A stretch of DNA of 63,530 bases, the filler included, from Craspedostauros australis (taxonomy: Eukaryota), in NCBI GenBank assembly GCA_030167865.1. It is 9 parts of 9 records of this genome, joined end to end, with 100 filler letters (N's around TTAATTAATTAA, not from the genome) between each part and the next. Parts side by side here need not be neighbours in the genome. Positions count along the whole stretch, not along the records: positions 5,651 to 36,900 come from JALAGF010003925.1; 8 more parts are not named here. The stretch is one strand, 5' to 3'. Position numbers and translations under genes: made by a program. Below the pieces are notes generated by a model that did no database searches, had not been told where the DNA came from, and saw nothing but the letters and a program-made list of their open reading frames with translations. Every line of letters starts with the position of its first letter. Position 1 is the stretch's first letter. This document shows, piece after piece, positions 10,364 to 20,936 of the stretch.

Positions 10364-11037
10364 GGAGCGCGAGAGAGAGAGAGAGCACAGGTGGCATAGC
10401 ATAATGCTCGCGGAATAGAGAGGGCAATATGTTGGAAACATTATTGCGATGGCAACGAACTGCTCTCTCTCTCTCTCTGTCTACCTCTCTTTTGGGAGGC
10501 GCAGAGATAGCGACACAGAATAGTAGGTGCTTCTATGCTCTAGTCTGGCTAGTGATGGTTGGCCGCTGCCGGCTCCCTGATTATGCGGGTGTCCGTTTTG
10601 CGGATCTGTCGTGTTCTGGGGCTTGTTGGCAATTTGCCCAAATCAAGCCGGGTGGAACTGATGGCGTCAATGTGAGACACAACGTCGGTGTCTCCAACTG
10701 TCATTTGGTGCCAAAAGAACTGGAGAAACTTGTGATCGACTTGATGACAACCAACAACGGGGTACCGGCTGTGCGCCTCGCAGGAGTTGCGGAACATCGA
10801 CAGAGCACTCTGCGACTACTCCACACAAGGTAGCCTCTAACGCTATGCATCAACATGCAACATACACCTTTGTGACGTACTTGTCGTCGTATGTCTATGA
10901 TATTTAAACTGAGTCCTCTGGAATAGAGTGGTGTGGAGTGTAGCACGAGTTCGTACGTCTTGCGATGATGCTCAACGCACTGTTCTGGCGGTAAATACGA
11001 GGAGCACGTCGAACATCACTGCGCTTCATACCCACAG

Positions 11038-12657
11038 CTACTTCTTGGTCATTCGCATCAAGCGTTCTGCCTCCCGTTTGCCTGTCTCCCATGCGCCATG
11101 CACCGTCGAATGATGGTGCTTGCTGGTGTGCTCACCAGCAAACAGGAGATTGCCACGCTGCTTGCCCACCTGATCGTAATCTCCTTCCGTGCTGCCAGTC
11201 TTGGTGAAGGAATACGATCCGTAGGCATATGGATCCATGTTCCAACGTGATACCTTGTAAGCAATGGGGCGTTCAGGGATGGAGCCAGCTTCCTTTCCAT
11301 CTTCGCCGTTGTCGTCGTCACCACCAGCCTCGAAGATATTGCGCAGCGCCGCCATGATTTCATCAATGACCGCCTCATCGTTTTCAAAATCATCCTCTAA
11401 CCGACGCGCTGCGTCGCCACCTAAAAGCATCCCCAGCACGGGCAGATCACCGTAGTCTTCCGTGCAATCATCGAAGCTGAGAATCTTGGTGGGATCCGAG
11501 TGGACGACACAGAAACGTTCGTACCGCTCTGACCAAAAATCTGTCTCGAACACCATCATGACCTTGTTGAGCAATCCCATACCGATACGGTCGATGGCCT
11601 TCCAATGCCGCGCGTCGAGGTCGGGTTCGAAGCGAATCTTGCGATGCTGCAAGACGCCCAGCGGGATGGTGCAGACGCAGTAGTCGGCCTGGATACGCGT
11701 TTGCGGGTTCTTCGTTTCAATCCAGAGTGGGTGGTATGCGATGTCTTCTTCTTCGTCATCTTTGCCATTGTTGCCTTGCTTTTGCTGCTCCGGTTGTTCG
11801 GTCGTCCCAATATCCGGGCAGTACTGAATCTTCTCAACGTCGCAATTGTATTGAATGGTGCAATCCGAAGCTTCGATGGCTTGCATGATCTTTTGCAAGA
11901 CATTATGGTACCCGCCCACTGGGATTTCGTCTGGTCCACCAAGGCTCTTGTACATGTCGTCCAAGTTGGCCGACAATTCATGCAGCCGTCCACCTTCGTA
12001 ACATTCCTTCCGATGCGTCAAGTAGTTCAGGATTTGTTGGAACAGCGGCGACCTCTTGTGCTCGCTGCCATCCTCGCTGCTGCTGCTGCTTGATGACGAT
12101 GAGGAACTGCTGCTGGATGATGAACTGCTAGAGGAAGACGACGACGATGATGAATCATCGTTTTGGAACCGCGTCGGCGTCGCATGTGGCAGCTGCAACG
12201 CCACATTGAGCATGTCTTGCAACGACGTGTACTTGGTGATGCCGCGATCTTCGTAATCATCGACGGCCTTGTAAAAGAAGCGGCTGGCCGTCTTGTAGAG
12301 TCCCTTTGGCACGACGCTCTTGCCCATATCGTGGAACACCACGTTGGAGGCGGCGTTCGCTTTTTCCTTTCCCTGCGCTTTCGTTGTTTGATACCGCAAG
12401 GGGATCTGAAGCTCGTCGCACAGCTGGACGATGGGATTGCGCTTGGAGGCCTCATGCACCCACTGTCCGCCCATGTCCACGTGTACATCCGGCACTAGTT
12501 CGTGGGGATGGACGCGGCCGCCCACGCGATCGCGCGCTTCGAGAATCTGGATGTCGAAGCAGCGCTCGTCATTGTTTTGGAGGAGATGGTAGGCCACGGA
12601 GAGACCTGAGAACCCGGCGCCGACGATGACAACCTTGGTGGGTGGTTCGGGCTTCAT
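11038..12657 (-). CDS. Flavin-containing amine oxidoreductase (polyamine oxidase/LSD1-like family)
   Basis: VVIVGAGFSGL (GxGxxG), LEARDRVGGR, DMGGQW, GSYS, FAGEHT…TVHGA; start could be upstream (12747 or 12879). Confidence 0.92.
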   Translation of the reverse strand: MKPEPPTKVVIVGAGFSGLSVAYHLLQNNDERCFDIQILEARDRVGGRVHPHELVPDVHVDMGGQWVHEASKRNPIVQLCDELQIPLRYQTTKAQGKEKANAASNVVFHDMGKSVVPKGLYKTASRFFYKAVDDYEDRGITKYTSLQDMLNVALQLPHATPTRFQNDDSSSSSSSSSSSSSSSSSSSSSSSSSSEDGSEHKRSPLFQQILNYLTHRKECYEGGRLHELSANLDDMYKSLGGPDEIPVGGYHNVLQKIMQAIEASDCTIQYNCDVEKIQYCPDIGTTEQPEQQKQGNNGKDDEEEDIAYHPLWIETKNPQTRIQADYCVCTIPLGVLQHRKIRFEPDLDARHWKAIDRIGMGLLNKVMMVFETDFWSERYERFCVVHSDPTKILSFDDCTEDYGDLPVLGMLLGGDAARRLEDDFENDEAVIDEIMAALRNIFEAGGDDDNGEDGKEAGSIPERPIAYKVSRWNMDPYAYGSYSFTKTGSTEGDYDQVGKQRGNLLFAGEHTSKHHHSTVHGAWETGKREAERLMRMTKK

Positions 12658-13218
12658 GGCTGAATTATGAGCACCATGATGAGCGTCATGGTGAGCGCCA
12701 TGATGAGCGAAGAGGACCAGTAATGGGGAAGACGGCAGGATCTTCATGGCGGGTTTCGAAATGTGGGTTTGGGATGTTGGGCCTGCCGCGAACAAAGGCG
12801 CGCGTTCTCCGCACACGACGAGCGACAGACAGACGAATTGTCCAGTCACGCAACAGAGCCACGACAGAGAAAATGGCATGTCTCGGATTTTGGTTGCATC
12901 TTGTGATGTGCATCGCCAACAGATTCAGCGTCACCCGTTTTTCAATCACGAACACGAATAACTTCGATGGTGCAAACTATGTTCACCATTGTGGGTCGAC
13001 GTTCGTGCCCTCTCTGGCGCATCATTACTTCGCATTGCGACTATGGTACGGAAAATGTTACTATCCAGAGATAATTACAGTATTACATCGTTTATCTCAA
13101 CGCCATGTAAATATTGAACGCGTTTGTCCTACCACGGCCTACGTGACGACTAAATCTGTACCATCGTTTAATAGTGCTATCGTTGGAAAGCACTGAATTT
13201 ATGTTTTGCCATACTTCA

Positions 13219-13554
13219 TCACCTTCCATAGTAGATGTCCCAATGTTCTTTGCATAAATGGGCTCCGCACAAGCTGCAGATCCGTTTGACCCTCTTTGGA
13301 GTGATTCTGTCTAGGCCAGTAATTTTATTTGTGGCCTTCAAGTAGCAGCAATGTCGGCAAAGTCGTTGCACTCCATCTTCGTTGATTATCTGTCTGTGGT
13401 CTTCACACACACTCATGAACCTTCCCTTGCTCAACACTGGTTGAGTCCTGCTCATCCTTCTCTTCGTTCTAGGAGATGACAACCTCTGGAAGGGGAAAGC
13501 AATGTATCCCACAAAGCGAAAGACAACGACAGTTTTCGCCAGTTCGATGTGCAA
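13219..13554 (-). mobile_element. Remnant of a DNA transposase C-terminus, piggyBac-like cysteine-rich domain
   Basis: RLCRHC…ICSLCGAHLCKEHW…YY resembles the piggyBac C-terminal Zn-binding domain; lies in a relatively AT-rich patch; no DDD core or TIRs found. Confidence 0.55.
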
Positions 13555-14095
13555 AATCGTGTGATGTCGCCCGCAATCCGCATGTTGCTGAACAATTTCA
13601 CTCCAGTCCTGGAGTCCAGATTTAATTCACGAGTCCTTCAGCTTTGATTAGAGATAAGATGACAGTAAGAAACATAATACTTAAACATGGTCATTGTAAA
13701 GCTGTACTCAAGAGCTTCAGAAAGAAGTATTGAAAGATGTATTGGACAAGTAGATGTTGTCGTCAAAATTAGAATAACTGAAAACGATAAACGATATCTT
13801 ATATCGTCTAGGTCACGAAGGGATGCTGGACTCGGTCGTCATGTGGCAACTGGGGGCTTTCCGTCTGATCAGAGCAAAGCCCCGAGACGAGGAACTGCTC
13901 AATGGCCACGGGAGCGACAACATCCTTGACACGAGTACTACTACTACTAGTCGTACGGTAATGCGCAGAGAGACCATGCTCTCTCTCTTTCTCTACCGCA
14001 AACGAACATCGGACTTGATGAGAATACAAATGTTATCACTTCCCGTGGCGAAAGAGTAATTACCCAACGACCCACTCTGTGTGATGACTTCTTAT

Positions 14096-16105
14096 TTACG
14101 CGGAACAGGAAGAATCGCCGATGCAGCCTCCGTCAGCCACCGGATCAGCATTGGAATAGCATGCCATGGTGCCGAGGCAAGCTCCATTGCCAACATCGCC
14201 GGTGTTGGAGTAGCAAGCTTGGTACATTTTGCACGAATCCACCCCGATCTCGCCGTAGTTGAAGTCGCAAGCTTGTTGTCCTTGACATGACCCTGCACCG
14301 ACAAAACCGTAATTGTCTTCGCAAGCGCCCTCGCCAACGCAGGAACTCTCGCCGACGAAACCGTCATTGTCTTCGCAAGCGCTCTCGCCACGACAGGAGC
14401 CTAGGCCAATGTAACCACCATTCTTGTAACAAGCGCGGGTCCCGTTGCACGCGTACGATGTGACATGCCCAAAATTCTCGCCGCAGGCTCCTTCTCCAAT
14501 GCAAGAGTAGTTGCCAACGCTACCTTCGTTCTTTTCGCATGCCTTGTACAGCTGGCAGGAGCCTTCACCGATGGTTTCAACATTCTCATTGCAAGCACGG
14601 TAGCCGCTGCACGCGTATGATGCGACATTCCCAACGTTGTTGTTGCAGGCTCGCTCTCCAATGCAGGAGTACATACCAACGCTACCTTTATTCTGTTCGC
14701 ATGCCTTGTCCAGCTGGCAGGAGCCTTCACCGATGGTTTCAACATTCTCATAGCAAGCACCGTCGCCGTTGCACGCGTACGATGCGACATGCCCAGCGTT
14801 CTCGCCGCAGGCTTCTTCTCCAATGCAAGAGTAGTTGCCAACGTTACCTTCGTTCTGTTCGCATGCCTTGTCCAGCTGGCAGGAGCCTTGGCCAACGGCG
14901 CCACCATTCGAATTACAAGCGCGGGTACCGTTGCACGCGTTCGATGCGACATCCCCGGAGTTCTCGTAGCATGCGTCCTTGCCCAAGCACGATCCTTCAT
15001 CCACATTGGCTTTATTGTACGTACAGGACCTCCTGCCGATGCAGGAGCCGTCACTGACACTTCCGGAGTTGTAGACACACGCGTCCGCAATGATACATGA
15101 GCCACTACCAACGTCGCCAGCGTTAGCATAGCATGCGAAGATGCCGAGACAGGAACCGGGCTTGACTGCTCCTTCGTTGCGAGGGCACGAGTTGTCTCCG
15201 GAGCAAGAACCCTTGCCGATGGTCCCCTTGTTGGACATGCATGCACGATCACCATTGCAAGCGCCATCGGCGACAGTGCCAGAGTTCCGGAAGCAAGCAT
15301 CCTCGCCATTGCAAGCACGGGTGGGCACGGACACAGCTGTGTACTGGCAGGATCTGTCGCTGTTGCAAGAGTAGGAGGCAATCTGGATGGTCGTCGTGAT
15401 GTTGGGATTGAAGAAGCAAGCTTGCTCGCCGTTGCAGGAGTCGGGGCAGACGGTCACAGAGCTCCCACTGCTCCAAGAGCATGCGGGGGATGTGGCATTG
15501 ACCGACGCTTCGCAACAGCTGGCATTCTTGGCCACGCACTTGGCCGTGACAGCTTCGGCTGTTCCAGTGAAGCACGGCTCGAGTACCTCGGGGGGCTTGG
15601 TCGATTTGGCCGATTTCGAGGACTTGAGCTGACGACTGTTGGCGTCGTGAATCTCGTCTGTCTCCATTCCAACAGACAGAGTGCTATGCTCGTGCGATGC
15701 ATACTCATCCTCGTCATTGGCCGCATCTTGGGCTTGAAGGCGACCGAGATTGGCGTACTTGTCCTTGATGTTGGTGGAGATGGAAGGACGTGGATGGTGG
15801 GTGCTGTCTGCGACTTTGTTTGTTGTGGTCTCGACCTTTCCATCGTGAGAGTGCAGGTGAGAGCGCAAGTGAGAGTGTAGGTGAGAGTGCGATTGCGAGT
15901 ATGGCATGTTGGCATCCTTCCTCTTGTGGTTGGCTGTCAACTCCAGGAGCTTCGCCTTGGCGGCGTTGATATTGGCGTCGACATTGACGTCGATTTTGCC
16001 ATCTGCGGCTGCCTTCTTGTTGGTGTTCAGCACCGCGTCGACACCATTGGAGATGAGGCTCTGGGCCACGACGAGAGCGAGGATGTCTTTCTTGATGATT
16101 GGCAT
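14096..16105 (-). CDS. Secreted Cys-rich repeat protein with RXL + KXXK motifs (putative cell-wall/extracellular beta-solenoid)
   Basis: Signal peptide from ATG16105 (MPIIKKDILALVVAQSLISNGVDA), His-rich pro-region, RQL-KSSKSAKSTK, then ~25 C-x5-C units of ~18 aa. Confidence 0.85.
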   Translation of the reverse strand: MPIIKKDILALVVAQSLISNGVDAVLNTNKKAAADGKIDVNVDANINAAKAKLLELTANHKRKDANMPYSQSHSHLHSHLRSHLHSHDGKVETTTNKVADSTHHPRPSISTNIKDKYANLGRLQAQDAANDEDEYASHEHSTLSVGMETDEIHDANSRQLKSSKSAKSTKPPEVLEPCFTGTAEAVTAKCVAKNASCCEASVNATSPACSWSSGSSVTVCPDSCNGEQACFFNPNITTTIQIASYSCNSDRSCQYTAVSVPTRACNGEDACFRNSGTVADGACNGDRACMSNKGTIGKGSCSGDNSCPRNEGAVKPGSCLGIFACYANAGDVGSGSCIIADACVYNSGSVSDGSCIGRRSCTYNKANVDEGSCLGKDACYENSGDVASNACNGTRACNSNGGAVGQGSCQLDKACEQNEGNVGNYSCIGEEACGENAGHVASYACNGDGACYENVETIGEGSCQLDKACEQNKGSVGMYSCIGERACNNNVGNVASYACSGYRACNENVETIGEGSCQLYKACEKNEGSVGNYSCIGEGACGENFGHVTSYACNGTRACYKNGGYIGLGSCRGESACEDNDGFVGESSCVGEGACEDNYGFVGAGSCQGQQACDFNYGEIGVDSCKMYQACYSNTGDVGNGACLGTMACYSNADPVADGGCIGDSSCSA
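14420..14960 (-). repeat. 162-bp higher-order coding repeat (3 x 18 aa), ~3 copies
   Basis: GCATGCCTTGT(A/C)CAGCTGGCAGGAGCCTT recurs at 14537, 14699, 14861. Confidence 0.9.
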
Positions 16106-16555
16106 GGTTGTTGGTGGGTGTTGGTGCGAATTGGTGTGATACGAATACGTGTCTGTGTCTGTGTTGCTTTGTTGTGCCGAATTATGAGAACAGGAGCATT
16201 CAGGGGATGCAGGGTGCAAGGAAGAGATGGATCCAATTGTGGTTATCCGTGTGTATCAAAACTCGTGCATACGATTCTGCTCCACAGTGGCTGCCTCGTG
16301 TGTTTGTTGCCTTGTTTGCCTGTGTATCGGTGTGCAGAGGCATCGCCAAGTTTCTCTGTTTGTTTCTTGCTGCTCACCACAAGAGAAACGGAGGTTGGGA
16401 AGCAGTTGTCCCTGACACAAGCGCGTGCCTCTTCGACAAAATCACCGTCTTCGTCACCTCCAATTGCGGCCAGCAGGCGCCGAACAGCCAGGGTTGAGCG
16501 GCCAACGGAGAGGTTGGTGGGACTTCGCTGGTCCAACAGGAACTGAAAGTTTGGC

Positions 16556-16619
16556 GTGCAGATCTCCACGTGAACTCTCTGTGCAGATCTACAAGTGAAC
16601 TCTCTGTGCGGATCTCACA
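16556..16619. repeat. 25-bp tandem repeat x~2.5 (GTGAACTCTCTGTGCAGATCT…)
   Basis: Full units 16570-16594 and 16595-16619, plus a partial unit before. Confidence 0.85.
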
Positions 16620-17775
16620 GACATGTTCACCTCACATTTTCAAGGTGTTTGTTGGTCCAGACATCTTCCTCTTCGGGGAATCGCGGAGTACTCTAACACG
16701 CAGTACACGGCATATAATAATAACAATACGCTACTCCAACATCCTCTTTTTCGTTTCTGCTTCCATGCATGCTCAACTCGTATGTATTACACTATCGTAT
16801 TCTATTCGTATACTCGATGTCTGTGTAAGCATTGTCGCCCAGAGCCTTCCTCGCCTGAGGATGGATGTGTCGATACCAATGGAGATCGGACGAGAGGATG
16901 GATGACATGCAAAGTTCTGGCACAGTTTGGCAACATCGTTCGTGCAGGATTCGTTCCGGTGTATTTGACCAATCCCGAGTTGGGTTCTTTCGCGCCGAAA
17001 AGACCCACCGAAGCCCAAAGAACGCGAGAGAATGCGACACAAAATGACGAGAACAATCAGGAGAGCCGATTCCGGAACAACAACACATTCATCGATTGCC
17101 GCCACACAAGATACGCACAGTCCAAGTTAATGGCGCATCCATCGACGAACTAGTCCATGATGTCGATAGTAGTAGTAGCATCGCTGAGCTGCCAACCGCT
17201 CTCCAAAACCGATGTCCCGCAAAGCACCAGCACGAACACTCTTCCAAGCACGAGAGCGTCGTTCGGTCGAAGAACGGCAGAATGGCGCAACAAGACATCT
17301 GTGGATCTCAGCCGTTTGCGCTTCCCAAATTGGATGTCTCCACCATGATCACATCAAGCCTCTCGCCACCATCGGTGCGTAAGTAGAGCGCGCGCACAGT
17401 GCTAATGCGATTGGAGTACTCGCAGAGCAGAGTCCACAATCCCAACGCTTGCAAACTCCACGATCACCATACATCGTTTCTGCGCCGACAACGAAAACCT
17501 CAATCTCAACATTGGGAGAGCGATGCGATCATGACTCGGTCATACTTCTCGCTTGATTGGGTCCGCGCTGATGTTCAATGTGTGTCGTTTATTTTTATCG
17601 TTTGTTGCCCGCCGTCATTCGTCTGTACCACGGTTTTTGCTGCTGCTGCTGTTGCATGTTCTTCGGGCCATTTGTGTTGTTGCATGCATTTGATGTGCGC
17701 GGGTGGCCGTCAACGTGGTCACGTCTACGACTACTTATCCCTTGGCGCACCACCATTTGGTGGCTGTGTTGGCCT

Positions 17776-19592
17776 TCAAAGTTCGGGGCCAATGTTCTTG
17801 GCATTCATCGAAGCGAGGTAACGGGCGACCGCATGATCCTTGCTGTGACTCATCAAGGCGATGTTGTACGGAGACATTCCCTGGTTGCCGTTTGTCACAG
17901 CGTTGATATCCGCGCCATTCTCAACCAGCACAGTCACGGCGTCCACATCTCCAGCACGGACGGCCTCGTGAAGCGGTTGCCAGCCGTTCTCGTCCTTTCG
18001 CGTCAACGCGGCCTTGTCCTTGCCGGCGAGGCGTTTCAATTCCTCTAGGTCACCTGTGGCGGCCGCAACATGTGCGCGTGGACGGGAGACTCCAGCTGCG
18101 GATGGGGAATGCTTGCGCCAGCCACCTGGATTGCGGCGTGCCCAAGTGTCGGTCCATTCGGAGTCGGTCACAAGGTAGGGTGGGAAGAAGTCATCGATGT
18201 CCTCCCATTCCTTGCTGTCGAGATGTTGGCCGGTGGGCTCGAAGTGAATGAAGATGTTGGCAAAGAAGCGTCCCTTCAACGGGTAAGGACGTCCGTGGAC
18301 CAAAGAGCCGGACTCGTACAGCACCATGTCACCTGGCTCCATCGTCACATTCACGGCGCGATCGTGGCGATCGTACACCTCCAAGATCCATGGCTCATCC
18401 ACGTCCTGATCGACGTTGATGATGCAGGAGCTGACGAGAGGAAGGCGGTCAACGTGCGGCGCCAAGACAGCGCCTTCTTGGTACACGCGGATTCCGTAGA
18501 GGGAAGATGGCGACAACTCCATGCCTGTCCACTCCTCGATGGTTGGGCGCGCGGCATCCCAAATCTTCTGCTTGAAGCGAGGACCACCGCCGCGGAGCTT
18601 GGAGTTCTCGACACTGACCATGTACTGCATCCAACATCCAATGATTTATGTTTGTTGCATGAATACGATTGTAGAACCAAGATATGCAGGCACGCACCAA
18701 AAACGAAGTTGGCACAAGGTTGTTTGTAACGCAAAAGAAGAGTAGGGCACAGTGATTCGAGTCAGGTTGGATGTTCGAATAGTGGATGCTGAGGCATGTC
18801 ATGATGCGATTTGGCGACAACCGGCATCGTGGATATTCAAGGCAGAACAAGAGTATACAATTCCCTCGTCGTAGAACTTACGGAGTCTGCCGCCCAGTTG
18901 TTGGTGTAGATGTTGCCAATCCCCCAGTTCTCAACTTGCATCTCGTCTACAATGCATTTGATGCAAACGGAATGTCGAGTGTGCACGTCCATAATTGTTG
19001 GCAGCGTTGTTGACGATCCCAAGCACCAGCATTTCGATGAGTGGGACAGTGAACAAAAGAAACAAACAAGGAGGAAAAGCATGGTGTGAGAAGGTATTCG
19101 ATGTCGCATCATCAGGCATCAATCGTTGGCAGCAGTCTCGTTCACCAGCACTATCAGAACAATGCCGCGCGTGTCTCGTCATTATGGCCCATCCTGAGCA
19201 TCGAAGCCGACATGTGCACACACACATTAATATTCACATGTACACGTACCTCTGTTCTCATTCCAGTAGTTCTGGAGCAAATCGAACAATGGCTTTGGTG
19301 CACGGAGCTTCTTGAAGCCGGTGCTGGTGTAGTTGACCATGCTCTGCGGCTGTCTGCGGCTCATCTCCAGACGATCCTTCTCGGCGCTGTCGCAGCGTTT
19401 GGCGCCCTTCTCGCCCCACTTGGCGCGGCAACCGGCCATGTACTCCTCGTAGACATGGAACCGATCGCCTAGGAGCTCACCGCAGGTGGACTCGGTGCCA
19501 TGGATTGGCCAGGAACAGTCCAGACCGAAGTCTTCGGACGCGGTTGGGCTTGCCGACAAGGCGAGCAGGAGGGCGGAGATCCAGGTCTTCAT
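17776..19592 (-). CDS. Secretory-pathway 2OG-Fe(II) oxygenase with C-terminal ankyrin repeats; 3 exons (19592-19250, 18946-18882, 18624-17776)
   Basis: Signal peptide; phase-consistent GT-AG introns; HxD (APHVDR) … H (HGRP) … R motifs; ankyrin GWQPLHEAVRAG; C-terminal PEL. Confidence 0.85.
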
Positions 19593-20936
19593 GATGTTCA
19601 GATGCGTCGGTTGTTAGTTTGATGTGTTGTTTCGCTTCGCTTCGATGTCGTTGGTGATTGTGATGGCTTTGCTCAGCGACTTGATTTTATGAGCTGAATG
19701 GAAGTGGGACAGCAGGAGGAGGAGTGGAGCAGACAGAGCAAAGAAGAAGAAGGAAACGAAAGAAGAAAGATGGCGAGATAGTGTTGCTGTTGCTGTTGCC
19801 GTGGCCGCCACCGTCGCTGTTGTTGATGTTGCCCATGCGTGAAGCTTCTGTTTTGCCCAATTGTTCCTCGTCGACATAGCGACGAAGCGCCCAATGGCGA
19901 AAGCCTGCGCGATCGTTGCTGGCAACGTCGCAACCCTCATGGCCCCTTCATCACTTCGCCTCGCGCTTCTTCCCTTGTTCCCGTGTCCAATTCAACTGCC
20001 GTGTCGTTTCCTTTTTCGCGGAGTTCGGTTCGGTTTAGTGACGAGAACAGCGTCACCCAAATTTTCTTGTGTCTTGTGTGACATGACCAGACCTGGACAG
20101 ATGTCGTTGACGGACAATACAAACGTCCGGTGGGCAAGATACATTAACGGACTAAAAACGACAACAAGATGTTGGATATCGCTATCGAATAGGACAAAAC
20201 AACATCTAACGGACGTTCTGTAGATCGATGGCCTTTGTCCGTTTGCATTGGATACTATTTTCAAACGAGACGTTCATCTGCGCTTCGGGTTGACATCAAC
20301 GTCTATGGCGATCTGACAAGATCCCGCGCGTTGGATTCAATGACCAATGCCAACAGCGAGATGCCAACGAGAACAGTGAGGCAGAAGGAACCCAGAGAGA
20401 AGAACTCAAGAGTAGTTGTACTTTGATGTGGTCTTGGTTTGTCGGTTGGCTGTTGCGTCGAGACAGAGAACAGAGTGTGGAAGAGGAACTTCCCGCATTG
20501 CGGAATTTGAGACTCCGCCCGTGAGCGCAGCCTTGTTGGTGGAGAGGCAAAGAGGCGAAATGTCGAAGAACACAAGTGCGACCATGACCACAGACAGAGG
20601 CATGGCGTGCATGAGCATTGGCATCGGTACGCGCATCTCCCAAAGGGACAACCAGAACCCATCCCAGGTGGGCAACTGCTCGACCAATGCAAGGCGACCA
20701 TGACCCTCCAAGATGGCCGCTGCCTTCGCTTTCTTCCGTTTCTCACAGCTGCGGACTTCTCGACACAAGTTTCACGAAGAGCACTCTTGCCGAAAATCCA
20801 ATCTTGATGGTGGCTGGGTTGTTGTGGTGATGACCGAAGCCTGGCGTTGGCGAGAAACCAAATCAACTATCCTTTACCTTTATTCAACGTTCAACATTCA
20901 CCTTTTCGCGCTCAACGATTCGCGTTCACCATCCAA

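Noticed and set aside
10429..10833. Short ORFs between the esterase-like and amine oxidase genes
   Set aside because: No recognisable motif, splice structure or homologue within the window
12658..12712. His-rich HHGAHHDAHHGAH 12-bp repeat upstream of the amine oxidase core
   Set aside because: Cannot tell whether it is translated; may be a 5'UTR minisatellite
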